A stretch of 59,009 bases of DNA, filler included, from Catajapyx aquilonaris (taxonomy: Eukaryota), in the NCBI GenBank assembly GCA_000934665.2. It is 2 parts of 2 records of this genome, joined end to end, with 100 filler letters (N's around TTAATTAATTAA, not from the genome) between each part and the next. Parts side by side here need not be neighbours in the genome. Positions count along the whole stretch, not along the records: positions 1 to 29,435 come from JYFJ02004793.1; 1 more part is not named here. One strand, written 5' to 3'. Positions 13,945-26,407 of the stretch are shown piece by piece. Position numbers and translations under genes: made by a program. The notes below the pieces were generated by a model. That model worked only from the letters and a program-made list of their open reading frames with translations. It searched no databases and was not told the DNA's origin. Each line of letters begins with the position of its first letter. The first letter of the stretch is position 1.

Positions 13945-15622
13945 TGGATTTGTCCCTACACGCGATGACTCATCGCCTGGAGATTTGTAGTGAGATTTGA
14001 GTTGAGTGGAAACGCTTGTCAGGCAGTGCGTCGCTTCCTTAATGGGCCACACAAGGAATGAAATGTGTCAAATCTGCCGCCTTCAGGAATCAGCTTGCCT
14101 CCCGTATACTCTAAAACACTTCCTAATTGAGCAATTATTCAGGGGGAAACGGAGGCGAGCGCGTGTTAAGATCAAAGATCTCTGAATTCAAAGTGTCGAC
14201 ATATTTCCTCGGCGGAAAACTTTACAAATTCCTAGGGAGGCCCCGATGTATTTCCTTGGTAATTATTGGGTTGCTTCCAGCGTGGAGTTGCTAACGAGTT
14301 TGATTAACAGACACGAAGCCAATTTAACAAGAACACTAGGCCTGGCTATGAATATTCCTTTGTTCCGTAATTCAATTTCTACTGGGGGAGGACTTAATGA
14401 CTGTCTCTGGAAAAAAAGCATCAATAATTTTCTTTTTTCCATCCCATCCCCTCCCACCATTCTTCTTTCCACCTATGGTACAATATTATTTTAAGTAGGA
14501 AAAAAAAGTTAGGCCGAAAATCAATTCGCGACGTCGTTGCAGGTTGCATCTCATTAAGATTCCGCGAGCTTACCTACTGCTACAACAATTAAGATTTTGA
14601 ACGTACTGTTAGCGACATCCAATATTCTCCAGCATTTCAGAGTAAATTGCTGAAGGAATATCTCCTTATGGGATGGGCAAAATAATTAATTAAATTTCAT
14701 GTGGCACAACCTGCATGGAACGTGACTATTGCAAATACAATTAACTCCGAATATAACCGACTTTAATGAACAGAGGAAAAAGTATGTTATAATCTGCTAC
14801 ATTCGGAGTCAACTGTATGTCATTTTTTGTCATAAATAATATTATTGAACTTTGTTGACAGCAGAAGTTTTCATCCTGACCTGTATGCAACAGCACCCTC
14901 GAACAACGGGCAGTATAACTCGCAGGATCTTCCCAAGGCCATTTGCAGTGAATTGCTCCATATAATGACACAAATGTGACCATTTCTGAACCATACTTGT
15001 AAACGGCGCGTACTGAATTTATTGGCTGAGAGTACCCCTGCCGAGAATGTCCATGTGCATCCGATTCCTGTTTGCATCCCCCGTTAAGTGCAGTCTGTGT
15101 CTTCCAAAGGAATAAACAATTAAGCGACATGTGTCCAAACTCGATTTGCAATGCCTGTCTGCTTGCACCCCCAAAGGTACAGGGTGGTGCAGCAAGCCAT
15201 TAATACACTTTAATTACCAGTAATTCAATTTTTTTGATAGTCCGCTCTCTCTGTGTGGTGTACAAATGTGAATGGAGTTAAACATTGTTTTGCGCATTTT
15301 TGGGCCCAATCCGGCTGCTCCTCCCCAGCCAGGAATTAAATATTAATCTTTTGTATAGTTTCCATGCGGATTTGCGCGGGAACAATTTTTTCCCCATATC
15401 AATTAGGATGATCAGGGCGTGACCGGAACCGCACTGCGGTGTTCATTGCAAATCCCTTTCCCGCGTTATGCCCCGCTATCATAATGTGGATTAGCTCCTC
15501 TGGTATATATGACGCAAGCATTACCCTTGCTTCAGTTCAGCCTTGACCTCTGTTTGTCCGCCATATATGTGAGGAATACTGCTTTTTAGCAAACTGTTTA
15601 CTCTTGTTTCTTTCTTCGTCAG

Positions 15623-15814
15623 GTGAGTGGGAAGCTGACCAACATGGGTCAGTCCCTGATGCTCCGTCTGGAGAAGGCGCCCAAGCAACCGGTCAACGTC
15701 AGCGGTGGTCCTCTGGCGTACCGGTTCCAGCTGGACGAGCTTTACTTCCACTACGGGAGCGACGATCAGACAGGCTCGGAGCATAGGATCCACGGTACCG
15801 CCTTTCCCGCAGAG
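15623..15814 (+). CDS. CARPB: Carbonic anhydrase-related protein, internal exon B
   Basis: Acceptor tttcttcgtcAG, donor GTGAGT at 15815; 192 nt, phase 0-0. Encodes VSGKLTNMGQSLMLRLEKAPKQPVNVSGGPLAYRFQLDELYFHYGSDDQTGSEHRIHGTAFPAE with alpha-CA motifs (SGGPL, FHYG, GSEH, FPAE); in frame with exon A. Confidence 0.96.
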
Positions 15815-17143
15815 GTGAGTCCTTTTCTCGGCTGGTCTTTACTACGCGACGAAATGGCGGAAGTCGGGGGTGGAGGCGCTACTGTCGCTCGTTGTGGCTC
15901 CGCCAGGGCACGGGCCGTCCATTAGCATGATAATTTGCGGAGCTCGCTTATTGTGGGGTATGTAACAGCCAATATTACTGTACGTTTTGTGGCGCCGCAG
16001 GCCAACGAACGCTATTGTGGCTTTGCCACGAAGAGGTGCATGCATTCGGCTACCCATTCGGACATCTCCGCCACTTCGTTCCATTTTCTTAACAATATAT
16101 TAAAAAAGAAACGGCCGCCATGACAGTTCAGGGCAAAAAATTTGTGTGAAATTGCTAGAATTTGAAGTGGAGGGTCTTCAACTATAGCTGGGTTGACTTT
16201 TGGTAGCTTCTCGACACACCGTGGGGTTGGGGGTATTATAAAGTGTTGGGGCGTCGCAGAATGAAAGGGGCGTCGGGTCGGAAGGATGGGGAAGTGAAGC
16301 ATGAAGAGTTGGGTGTCTGACTGCGGCTCCCTCGTGCGCGATGATGCGATGACCGCCATTTTAAGCTCACAAATTCGCACCAAATTAAGAGTCTGTGGTG
16401 GCCTCTCTAACAAAAAAGGGGGGGAGTAAGAAAAGGGAGCTTCACTCTTTTTTAAATCTCCGAGGGGAACTGACGAACCCAGCGCTACAGTTATCGTGAT
16501 TTGATTGATGGTGTCGTACTGGTGACGCCACGAGCCGATAGCGGATTCTATTCGCTCTTTTGCGGCACCAATACACCATTAGTGTCCAGCACGAGCGCTA
16601 TCTGTTCAACTGGAAACTGTACAATCCCATCCCCCCTGAACTCAGACTAGGGTATGGAAGCTTTATTCGGAGGCGATGATGAGGATAACGGGGGCCTAAA
16701 ATTTCATCTCTGGCAGACTGCTCCCTCCCCCCCTCCCCTTGTTAATATACGATGAAAGTTTGATATTAATTAGGGGAGGAAATGTTGCCAGGGCAAACAC
16801 TCTTTCGCGCTGTGTAAAAGTGCCTGGGGGATTCCATCCGGCGCTCCAAGGGATCAAATGTGGACTTAGCCTCCGTTCACCTGTGCTTAATGTCAACTTG
16901 GCCCACTCCTCCCCCTCTAGGCTTAACACCACCCTGAACATGACACAAAAATTATCGATTATGCACAAAAGAAGCAGGGGGCAGGGGGAAGGGGGATTTG
17001 GGAAAAGATGAGAGAGAGACGAGGTTGCAGCTGTTTCAAAAAGTCGACCGCCTGTATCAATAGACTCTGATGGCGTGGAAAAGAGGGCAGGGTTGCAACG
17101 TTTAGGATTGGCCGTGATGCCAAATTTCATCAAAATGTGTGCG

Positions 17144-17167
17144 TAACCTAACCTAACCTAACCTAAC
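17144..17167. repeat. Short interstitial (TAACC)n = (TTAGG)n tract
   Basis: taacctaacctaacctaacctaac; TTAGG is the arthropod telomere motif and is also common inside arthropod non-autonomous TEs. Confidence 0.8.
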
Positions 17168-17789
17168 GTGGGATCCAAATGTTTGAAGCCGTCTATGTCA
17201 CCACCGGTTGGTCTATCGACATTTCACACCTCTACATTTTCGCCTTGTTTTGGCCCAAACTATACTCCAACACACTGGTAAAGGCCAATACTACCTAGCG
17301 ATTTGGATCCTTCCGATTGGTCCTGCAGAGAGAGAGAGAGAGAGTTTGGAGGAAAACTAATTTTGGATCCGGGTCCTTTTTGCTGGTAAAATTTCCATCC
17401 GGAAAAGGTGAGGATTGGGTCAGCAGCATCGGGGGGTTGGGCAGGCAGGCAACCGGCCACGTCCGGAACCCTCCAGAAGATTAGGGCTTGGTCGAGCTAA
17501 CGAGCAATGTAAATTTCGGCCAATGTCATCATCGCTTCTGATAACGCAGGGTGGGGAGAGGGGAGGTGGGGAGAGGGAGGGAAGGGTTTCCCCCCCCCCC
17601 CCTCTCTCTCGATTGGATTACCAAGCCCGGACCTGTTATCGAGTTAATTCAGATATGTGAATGCTTTTCGGATAGAGAGAGAGCAGACTTGTTTCTCTCG
17701 GGATCACGTCCAGCCAACCCAGTTTGTGTGCGTGCCACCAAAAAACACTGCTTATCAGTATACGGATGGATATACTGAAGTTTTTAGCA

Positions 17790-18540
17790 TAACCTGCGTG
17801 GAATAGCAACGGGAAACGGTCATCGCTGCTAGTCAAAAGTAGCGGCGGACTGTACCGGTAATCGTAGCTACTTTCGAATAACCGTTACAGAGATAACGGT
17901 TATAGCGAATAGCAGCAGAGCATCACTGATGGCGCTGTTATTGCTGCACTAATAGTAGCTGCTACTTTTGGCGATCACAGTTGGTCGAAAACTGATAGCC
18001 ATCGCTGTTAGTTATTTCAAAAGGAGGTGCTAGTTTATAGGGATAGCAATAACAGCGATCATCGGTGCTGCTCGCTGATGCTTTTCGACTAAAGGTGATC
18101 GCTGTTGCTGATATGGCAAGAGTAACAGCTACCTGTAGGATAGCAATAACAGCGGCCACCAGTGCTGTTTGTTGCCATTAGTTATTCCGAAATTAGATGC
18201 TAGTGTTGGAATAGTAGTAACTGCTATCGCCGTTAGTCAAAAACTGCTAACAGCGAGTAGTACCGGTGATTGCAGCTACTTTTTTGAATAGCACTTGCAG
18301 TGATCATCGTTTTGTCGAACACTGGTAACAAAATGTAGCAGCGAGCACCAGTGATCGCATTAGTAGTTATTCTAAAAGTATAAATTATGCTAGTTTTGGA
18401 ATAGCAATAACAGCTATCACCTTTAGTCGAAAACCTCTTGTAAAAAGTAGCAGCTATGAGTACTGTGATCACTGCTACTTTTCAATAGCAGTAACAGCGA
18501 TAGCTGCTAGTTGAAAACTGCTAGCGGCGAATAGTAGAAG
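17790..18540. repeat. Degenerate low-complexity repeat rich in TAGCAG/CTGCTA/ATAACAGC
   Basis: Recurring atagcaataacagc, gtgatcgctg and gtcgaaaac units in both orientations; similar tracts near 500, 5740-5920, 10880-10950, 19080-19320 and 24060-24210. Confidence 0.6.
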
Positions 18541-19975
18541 TTGACTTTTTATAGAGCTTTCACTTACTTTATAGTTGAGTATAGAGGTCCAGACGCGCTC
18601 GAGACGTGGTTCTCACTTTCAGCTTTCGCCTGTTGGAGTCTCGATCGTGTCTCGAGCACGTCTAGTGCAAAATCGTGGGCCTTAAATCCCGTCCCCAGTC
18701 GCAAGCAGCCGTTAGTTTGTCTGTGCTGGGCTTGGCTTGTCTATACCCACAGCAAATCGGATTATAATCGGCGCAAGGAAGACTCAACAGGGATTAATCT
18801 TGCCCAAATTCAGATTTATAGCCCCCCTCACCCCCACCTCCCCTCCTATAATTCCTCCCCCACCCCCGCCCTGCAACCTTGGCAACAACGCAAAAGGGCC
18901 TGACCCAGGTATTATTTTCGCCCGATTTAACTCCAAGAAATGGGATGGAGCTTACGATAATTTTGTCATTCCCACAACTCAGCTGCTTTTCATAATATGC
19001 CTAAATGCTCAAGAAGCTGTCTCCAAGTAACTGCTTATTGGTTTGGTTTAATTAGGAAGGAGCCAAAGCAACTAATGGTTATCTGGCTATGAATAATTAT
19101 TAGTAATAGCTGATATAACCACATTTTGGCTATCAGAGAAGTAGCCGCTTAATAATAAGCAGCTTAGTGATAGTTCAAATGACCGTATGTTTTGGCTATC
19201 AAGAGAAGTAGCCGACTATTAATAAACAGCTATTTCACACCAAATTTGCGAACTGAAACAGATTGTGTTGACTAGAGAAATAACAGCTAAATAATAAACA
19301 GCTTAGTGCTAACTAATATCCTGATGGTTTGATATTGTAACAACTTGTATTTCGAGCCAGGTTTTTTTTGTGTGTGTGTGTGTGCAGGTAGTGGAATGAG
19401 TGAGAGCAATGTTCGAATAACTAACCCTTCCCCCTGGAGCAGTGATTTGTGCCTCGGGTGGGGTGGATTTTTATGATAATTAATGGGGTGTTAGGAGAGG
19501 GCTTGGTGCAGCGGGGACGGCACTTTTTTTTTGGCAGACTCAGGCATAGAGGGCTTTCTGAACCAGGGCTTGATTTAGGCTCCTGACTGAGTGATTGACT
19601 GACTGATGGCGTGACTGACGCTTCTCACGGGCTGCCGGGTGATCAAACCACAATCATATTTCACTTCGCCAGATCATCTCCCATCCGTCGTAATGAGTCA
19701 ACGGAACCGGAATTTTATAAAAGCAGGGAGTAAGTATGTGCCTCTGTTTGTCCGCGATGACTCATCACCAACGTGCATGTAGTACCATTTTCCTCCGCAC
19801 AACCCGAGTGGCAGTAGTGTGCAAGGAGGGAGGTCGCGCCATCTATTAGCGACGTAACGTACTTCATGGACAGTTTTAAAAAATGAACAGACTGAAGCCA
19901 AAATAGGCAGTGGTTTTGGCTGTACATGGCCCGTGTGAACGTGACTAATTCATACCCGGTGTTTTTTTTTTTCAG

Positions 19976-20071
19976 ATCCAGATATACGGGTTCAACTCGG
20001 AGCTGTACCACAACATGTCGGAGGCCCAACACAGGGCGCAGGGAATAGTCGGTCTCTCTCTGATGGTGCAG
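19976..20071 (+). CDS. CARPB: Carbonic anhydrase-related protein, internal exon C
   Basis: Branch-point-like GACTAAT near 19943, T-run plus CAG acceptor, GTAATG donor at 20072; 96 nt, phase 0-0. Encodes IQIYGFNSELYHNMSEAQHRAQGIVGLSLMVQ, continuing the CARP sequence after FPAE. Confidence 0.95.
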
Positions 20072-22522
20072 GTAATGTACACTTCCAGCTTTTGATTTTA
20101 TTTATAATGTTGTGTGAGAGGGAGAGGGGTGGGAGAGGCTGGTAATTGGTTTTGCCTTGATGAATAATTACATAGCGGGTAAAGTTGCTGTGCGATGCGG
20201 AATGGAAACCAAATTGACACTTGATTGCGTTTGGTGCCTCCGCTAATTACTGCAGAGTTGGACTTTTAGAGAGGGGAGGGGATGGGGAGAGGGGGTGGGT
20301 GGGATGAGTGGTGGTGAAATGGGCCAAGTTTCAAGATTCGCCAAAACTTGGCGGGTTTTGAGCAGATGCGGCTCGCAAATCTTGCAAGCCATCAAGTGCT
20401 CTTCATAATTGAACAACTGCAAAAAAGAGAGACACCAACAAGGATGAGTTTATACTCTAACATACGGTGTGGATCGTTAACTTCAGCAACCTTTTAAAAA
20501 TATAATCCAGCGGAAAATTTGACCAGCACACCTGCGAAAGTAAATGTACAACGCAATGTACCAAAGAATTTTTTAAAAAAAATAATGTGCGACTAGAAAG
20601 GGGCGTGAAAAGTTATTTTTTAAATTGTTGATCGTTGTTGTAAACCAAGTTTGCAAAAACAATAGGAGCGGAAAATATCACCTCGTGTAAACAACAAATT
20701 GGCACTTTCACAACCGCATGTGAACTTTCGCACGTAAACATGTAAACAATGCTCTTCACACGTGCGAGCCTTGTTTTGTAACAATGGTATAAAAAACAGA
20801 GAGGGAAAAATGGCGCTTTCAGGTGTGAAGATTACAACAATGAATCGCCAAATTTGATTTTTTTTCTTACGCAAGGTGCACAATTTTCAAGTAAACGATG
20901 ACCAATTTTGCGAACACACACCGAGTGAAAACGGGCAACTTTCAACAATTATTCCACAATCAATATTAAAATTTGCACTTGCCTAATTAGCAACAACCGT
21001 CTGTAAAATAGCAATGGAATATTTAAAAAATTCTGTTTTTGCAAAATGAGAAAATGGCATGCTTTTTTTCTGGCCTTTCCCGCACCCCAAGAAAGTCAAT
21101 CAGGTTTTGACTTGGGGAGACTGAGAGCGGCAGAGTGTTTCTGCGAATTCCGTTGCCGAATAATCTGATTAAAGGGAAGGGGGGGAAATTAATGTAGCTG
21201 TCGAGATTCAATTAGACTATTTTGTTGCCGATCAAATAACAGATCAGGAACTAAGCGACACACTGGAGAGAAAGCCGGGAATGGAAAATTAATTTTGCTC
21301 CAGACAGAAGGAAACTTGGAATGTCAGCAGAAATTTTTGCAAAAAATGATTGTGCAAACATTTGATAAGACAGGTCTGGTTCAGACACATTGTCGGCTGC
21401 TATTGTCATGTTTATGGAGAAAATGACTGTCACTCTCAGTAATTATTGCAAACGTAATATGCAACAGGTTTTGTCAATAGCCAATTAGCAGATGGCAACT
21501 TTCATTAGGGGCCAGAAATGTGCTAATCAGATCTTTAAAACATTTTATGTACTTATTAGTAAAAGACTAACTGTGGACAACTGGCAGTTAGGGTTCTCTT
21601 TTTAACAATCGCATTACTTCTTCCTTCCGTAATGAGCGGCTTTTGCGAATACTGCAGGCCTCTTTTTGCAAACTTTTCTCACAATAAGCCGATTACATTT
21701 TCATATCAAAATAATTCGGTATCTCAACATGAATGCCAATTAAGAATCGTCCAACTTTTCGCAACATTCAGATGCTAATAATGATTACATTGATAACTTT
21801 TGGCGCAACAATACCCCAGCAGCGTTTTGATAGGGCTCTGCTTGTTACTGAACTTTGTCAAACCTGGGACAACAGAAAGGCCTGATTGATGCCCCACTGC
21901 CGCGTGGTCCGCTCCTTTTTGTCCTGCATTGTACCGGCAACACAGTCCATCGCAGTGTAAAACATGGCCGGGCAATTGACGCCATATAACGAGGCGTAAC
22001 GCGTGACAATGTCGGGGGGGACCCCCCCGGAATATTGGATACCGAAACGGTGCGGGAATCCGGGAGCCGGCCTCATTAGAATGGAGAATGCTGGTAGGAG
22101 TGGACCTAATCCGGGGACCATTATCCGGGGGAATTACGATCCACCCTAGCCCTCTCAACCCCTCAAATCCTGGGGACATTTATAGTATCACAGTGTGTGT
22201 GGGTGTATTCCCCAAAGAAGAGGTTGAGAAAGTGACCACAAATCTTTTGGGGCGACTCTATTCTCGATTGTGGAAGATGAATTTTTAGACCTTTTTCTCA
22301 TGAAAAGTCTTTACAGAACGGCTATGTCCGTCTGGCTGTGGACAGGTATCATGGCCTAAACCACATAAGATAGCGACAAACGGTTTTCGGATTCGGATTC
22401 AGCGGGTAATTTAATATAGGTCACATGATCAACTTCCGGGTTTCCGGGTTCACTCTATCCCCCAAGGTCTAGTCTACACGGTATACATTTTCTTGGGTTG
22501 GTTGGCAACGGGAAATAGACTG

Positions 22523-22663
22523 ACAAAAAAAATGTCGCGCGGCAAACGGCGCGACTTGCGGCAAATTTTTATTTATATTTATTGTTGCCAACTGTTGGCA
22601 ACAATAAATATAAATAAAAATTTGCCGCAAGTCGCGCCGTTCGCCGCGCGACATTTTTTTTGT
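22523..22663. repeat. 141-bp near-perfect palindrome
   Basis: 70-bp arms around a single central T at 22593 (ttgccaac-t-gttggcaa); one mismatch (ggcaaac vs ggcgaac). Confidence 0.95.
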
Positions 22664-25600
22664 GAAATGGCCTTTAGGGTGGGTTGGGTTAGGTTATGTT
22701 TGTATAAGTAAATATTTAAACCTCAACAGTCAACATTGTTTCACTGCACATTAGAGCACTTTGCAAATATGAGGCTGCTGCAGAGTGTCGTAGTGTCTAG
22801 GTAGTACCATATTCGCCACAGATATGGCGCATTTTCACTANGGGGGGGGCAAAATGGCCGACGTTTGCTACGTTGCCAAGGCTCTGGAATAAACCTCAGA
22901 GGCAACGGATGTTAATTATTTTTAGCTCCTGGACAGTAACTTTGGACACGTTGTAGGAGCTGCGCGATTGTGGGTGCGCACTCGGTTGTGCTCGTAAAAA
23001 ATATAATTCCGTTTTAAAACAGAAAAAAATTGAAATGATCACGGTTCGTTATCAATGATGGAACGCTGCAAAATCTGGTAAGAGGAAACCTGATTTTCTC
23101 CGGACTTCTACCCCGGGTGTATAGAGCAAATATTGAAGGTCTGAAGTGTCCGCGTAAATTCAGGGACAGCTAGTCGTTCCACACACTGGGCGCACGTCAA
23201 CCTCTGGACCAAATGAAAAGCCGCTGGAAGATTTTCCGGACATTTTCTTTCTCTCTCTCTCCCCCCGCACACCTCCNATTCGTGTAGAGAAAAGAAAAAA
23301 GTCAACTCCGGACATGCTTGCCTGGACCTGAACTTTTATGCTGCAGTCACCAGAAAAATGGTCACGAACAGTTGATGGCCCGACTTTTTCTGGAGGTCAG
23401 CCAACTGATAGCAAAGTTTAGCCAGGAGGACCATGTAGTGCCCCACATAGATGGCGCTTCCTGCACACTCCTGCCACTGTAAGGGGTAGTTAATATTAGT
23501 AGGCCTATATGACGTAATTTAATGTTGAGGCTATAATACTATTAAAATATTTCGTTTTGTATGACCGAGGCTTCTGATTGGCCTGCCCTATATTGTTTAC
23601 GCGATGATTCCGATTGGCCCCCCCGTTCTGCGCCTGCGCAATTCGGGATACAGCGCCTCTGGTGGATGGAACTATTTGGCGTGTCCATCTAGTGCCGACT
23701 TTTGTAAGCGTGACTTTTGCGCGCCCATTTTGAATCCTCAGAGACTCCTAATGGTCCAAGGGCTATCTCGATCCCTTTTTTTTTGCTTCCGGGATTTAGG
23801 TTGATGTGAGGAGGGGTGGCGAAGACTTGGGGGGTAAGGGGGAGGGGGGCCCAAATATTTAGGGGGTTTTGGGTGGGTGGATCGTGGGTGGGTGGGAAAA
23901 CGCCATCTCGAGCTGTATCGATTGGATGGAGGGGGGGGGNAAGAAGAGGCGCCTAGATGAGGGAAGCTGGCGCCTGGTTTTGGCGCCACCATTCCTGGAC
24001 CCCCACGATTCGACCTCGGGACTTTGTGTCGACTACTCACAAAAAGTCAAGGTTTTTAACCACTGTAAAATAGCTAATAAGCTAATATCCATTTAATGCA
24101 GCAGATAATGCGTGAAAACAGCTGATTGTTGATAAACTAAATTATTAGTAATAAATAGCCATTTACTTTCGCAGGTACATAAGTAGCTGTGCTTATTAAT
24201 AAGCAGCTTATTTGCAAAAAAATAGGGTATCTGACAGTGAGTTGGGAAGATTTTTGACAATGATGTTGTTCACATTATTCAAACTAACAAATGGCTTAGA
24301 GGAAGTACTTGAAGCATCCACTACAGTAGTTTAATGCGGATTATGGGCTTGATTACTTGGAAACTAGCGAGCATCCCAACTCATCGTGTTATGACTGGAG
24401 TTTTTGGTGCAGGACTGGCAAAACGCCGGGATTTTGTTGCTGAAATCTAGAACGATCCTATGTCGATCTTAAATCAGAAAATTTGCAAAATAAGGCAAAA
24501 CTGAGTCTATTGTTTTTCACCTTACATTAAGAATGACTTTAACTTAAACTCCGCAATTAATAATGTCATATTTGCATTGTTAGGGTTCATTTCGAAAGCA
24601 TGCTAGGCTTGTTGCCAAAAATTCCAGTGTTGTGTCGCAACCAGGCGACGTCACAATTTGCGAAACCACGCCCCCTCACACAGAATTTGCGATCTTCGTT
24701 CAAAAAAAGGAAAGGTTCCTCCTTCATGACATAAGATCGTAAATCCGATCCGGTCCCAAAAATGTCGACTAGAAACAGGGGTCGTTTCATCTTCCAAAAA
24801 AATGACGCCCCTCGTATATGAAGGTTGGAATTTTTTTTAGAAAAAAAAACTTTAGGCTGATAACGTGCCTTGGCCATATTTGCTTCCTCCTGGTTCTGAA
24901 TCGGAAGAAGAAAAATGGAGGGGTCCCCTTGTTTGAGAGGCCCATTTGGCTGGGAGTACCGTTTCCTCACTTGGCATCGCACAGACTCCGGCCAGAAGAA
25001 GAAGGAGACGAGAAAAAAACTCCAGCTCTTTTAACTGCATCTACATCTGGAGGAAGAGGAAGGGAGGCTGGGAGGAGGACACTTTCGACTCGTGTCAAAC
25101 GCTCCATCACTGTTACGGATCCAACATCTGCTGGCTGCGTCTCTGAATAAGCCATTTGTTGCTTTCTCTTTGCATCCACCAGTAGTGACAGGTGTTTTCA
25201 GCAACTCAGCTTCAGATATCTAAGATGAAGAAGAAGAAGAACATTCGGAAAGAAAGTTCTCGCTGACAACTGCTTGGACGGACCTGATGGCGCTACCTGT
25301 GATCTTTCCTACGCGACGAAATGGCAGGGGTTGGGATGGAGGCGCGGGGCAGTTCAGAGAGCGCGTCCGAATAGGTCTACAGAATGGCAAAGCCACAATA
25401 ACGTTCGTTACTGTGCGGCGCCACAAAATGTTTGCACTTTCCGTCATTAGATCTAGGTTCGTTTTTGGCAAGTTACTCGACTCGGCTGGCAGTACCGCAG
25501 AGCCATTAGAGCTTCAAACCGACTGAATCAATGTCTAACGAATTAATTAGCGTGCAGAAATCCCCCCTTTTATTGTTGTACTAAATAAAACAGGGAAGCA

Positions 25601-26077
25601 CGCTCTTTGATCACAGGTATTATTCTGGGTTTGGGTAGTTTGGTCACAATAAAACCAGGGGAAAGGCAGCGTGGCCTTTTGGCACTGGGAGTGTACCCTC
25701 TTCTAAATAATTAAGCTGGAATTAGGCTTAATTAGAGGATGGGCCTTGCAGCACGTAGGTGTAGCCCGGGTTCGTCTCTCCGGAAAAAGGGTTTTTCCGT
25801 GGCGCTGTGGATCCGGATCTCCCCTTGTTTATTATGGCCCAAGCCTCGACCAGTAATCCGGTCTCGCTGCGAGGTGATGTTTGCGCTAATTTACGGCTCA
25901 AATATGATGACCCTGTAACTGCCCAAATATTGAATGTTAACCCGGACTAGGGGCGGGCCATTCACCATGAAAAGCCGGTCTGGCCGGGGGGTAAAATACA
26001 ACAGTAAAAGTGACGGGGCAACAACACTGAAATATTAAAGGATCATTCGGGAGAAACAGGTTGCTTAGTCGCAGAAA

Positions 26078-26407
26078 AAGGAGTAAGGTAGCAGACCTGA
26101 AAGGCGATTCTCGTCCATTGTAACCTACTCGTAGAAGGTGGCAATCCAAAGGAAAAATCGCCTCTTTTGGAGGCTAATTTCAGGTCTCCTACCTTACTCT
26201 TTGTGCAGTTGTGGTAAGGAGTAAGGTAGTAGACCTGAAATTAACCTACAAAAGAGGCGATTTTTCCTCTGGATTACCACCTTCTACAAGTAGGTTACAA
26301 CGGAGAATCGCCTTTCTTGGAGGCTAATTTGAGCTTCAGGTCTGCTACCTTACTCCTTACCACAACTGCGCAATGAGTAAGGTAGCAGACCTGAAGCTCA
26401 AATTAGC
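26078..26407. repeat. Compound overlapping inverted repeats
   Basis: Unit gagtaaggtagcagacctga occurs forward three times and reversed twice; about 26098-26199 pairs with about 26219-26315, and about 26322-26356 pairs with about 26375-26407. Confidence 0.85.

Noticed and set aside
15623..15925. 100-aa ORF as a stand-alone gene
   Set aside because: It is CARP exon B plus intron read-through; similarity stops at the donor at 15815.
16508..16579. Imperfect hairpin of miRNA size
   Set aside because: Many mismatches and bulges, adjacent to a dispersed repeat motif, no recognised mature sequence.
17144..17167. (TTAGG)n as evidence of a telomere or chromosome fusion
   Set aside because: Under five units, embedded among TE fragments where such tracts are common.
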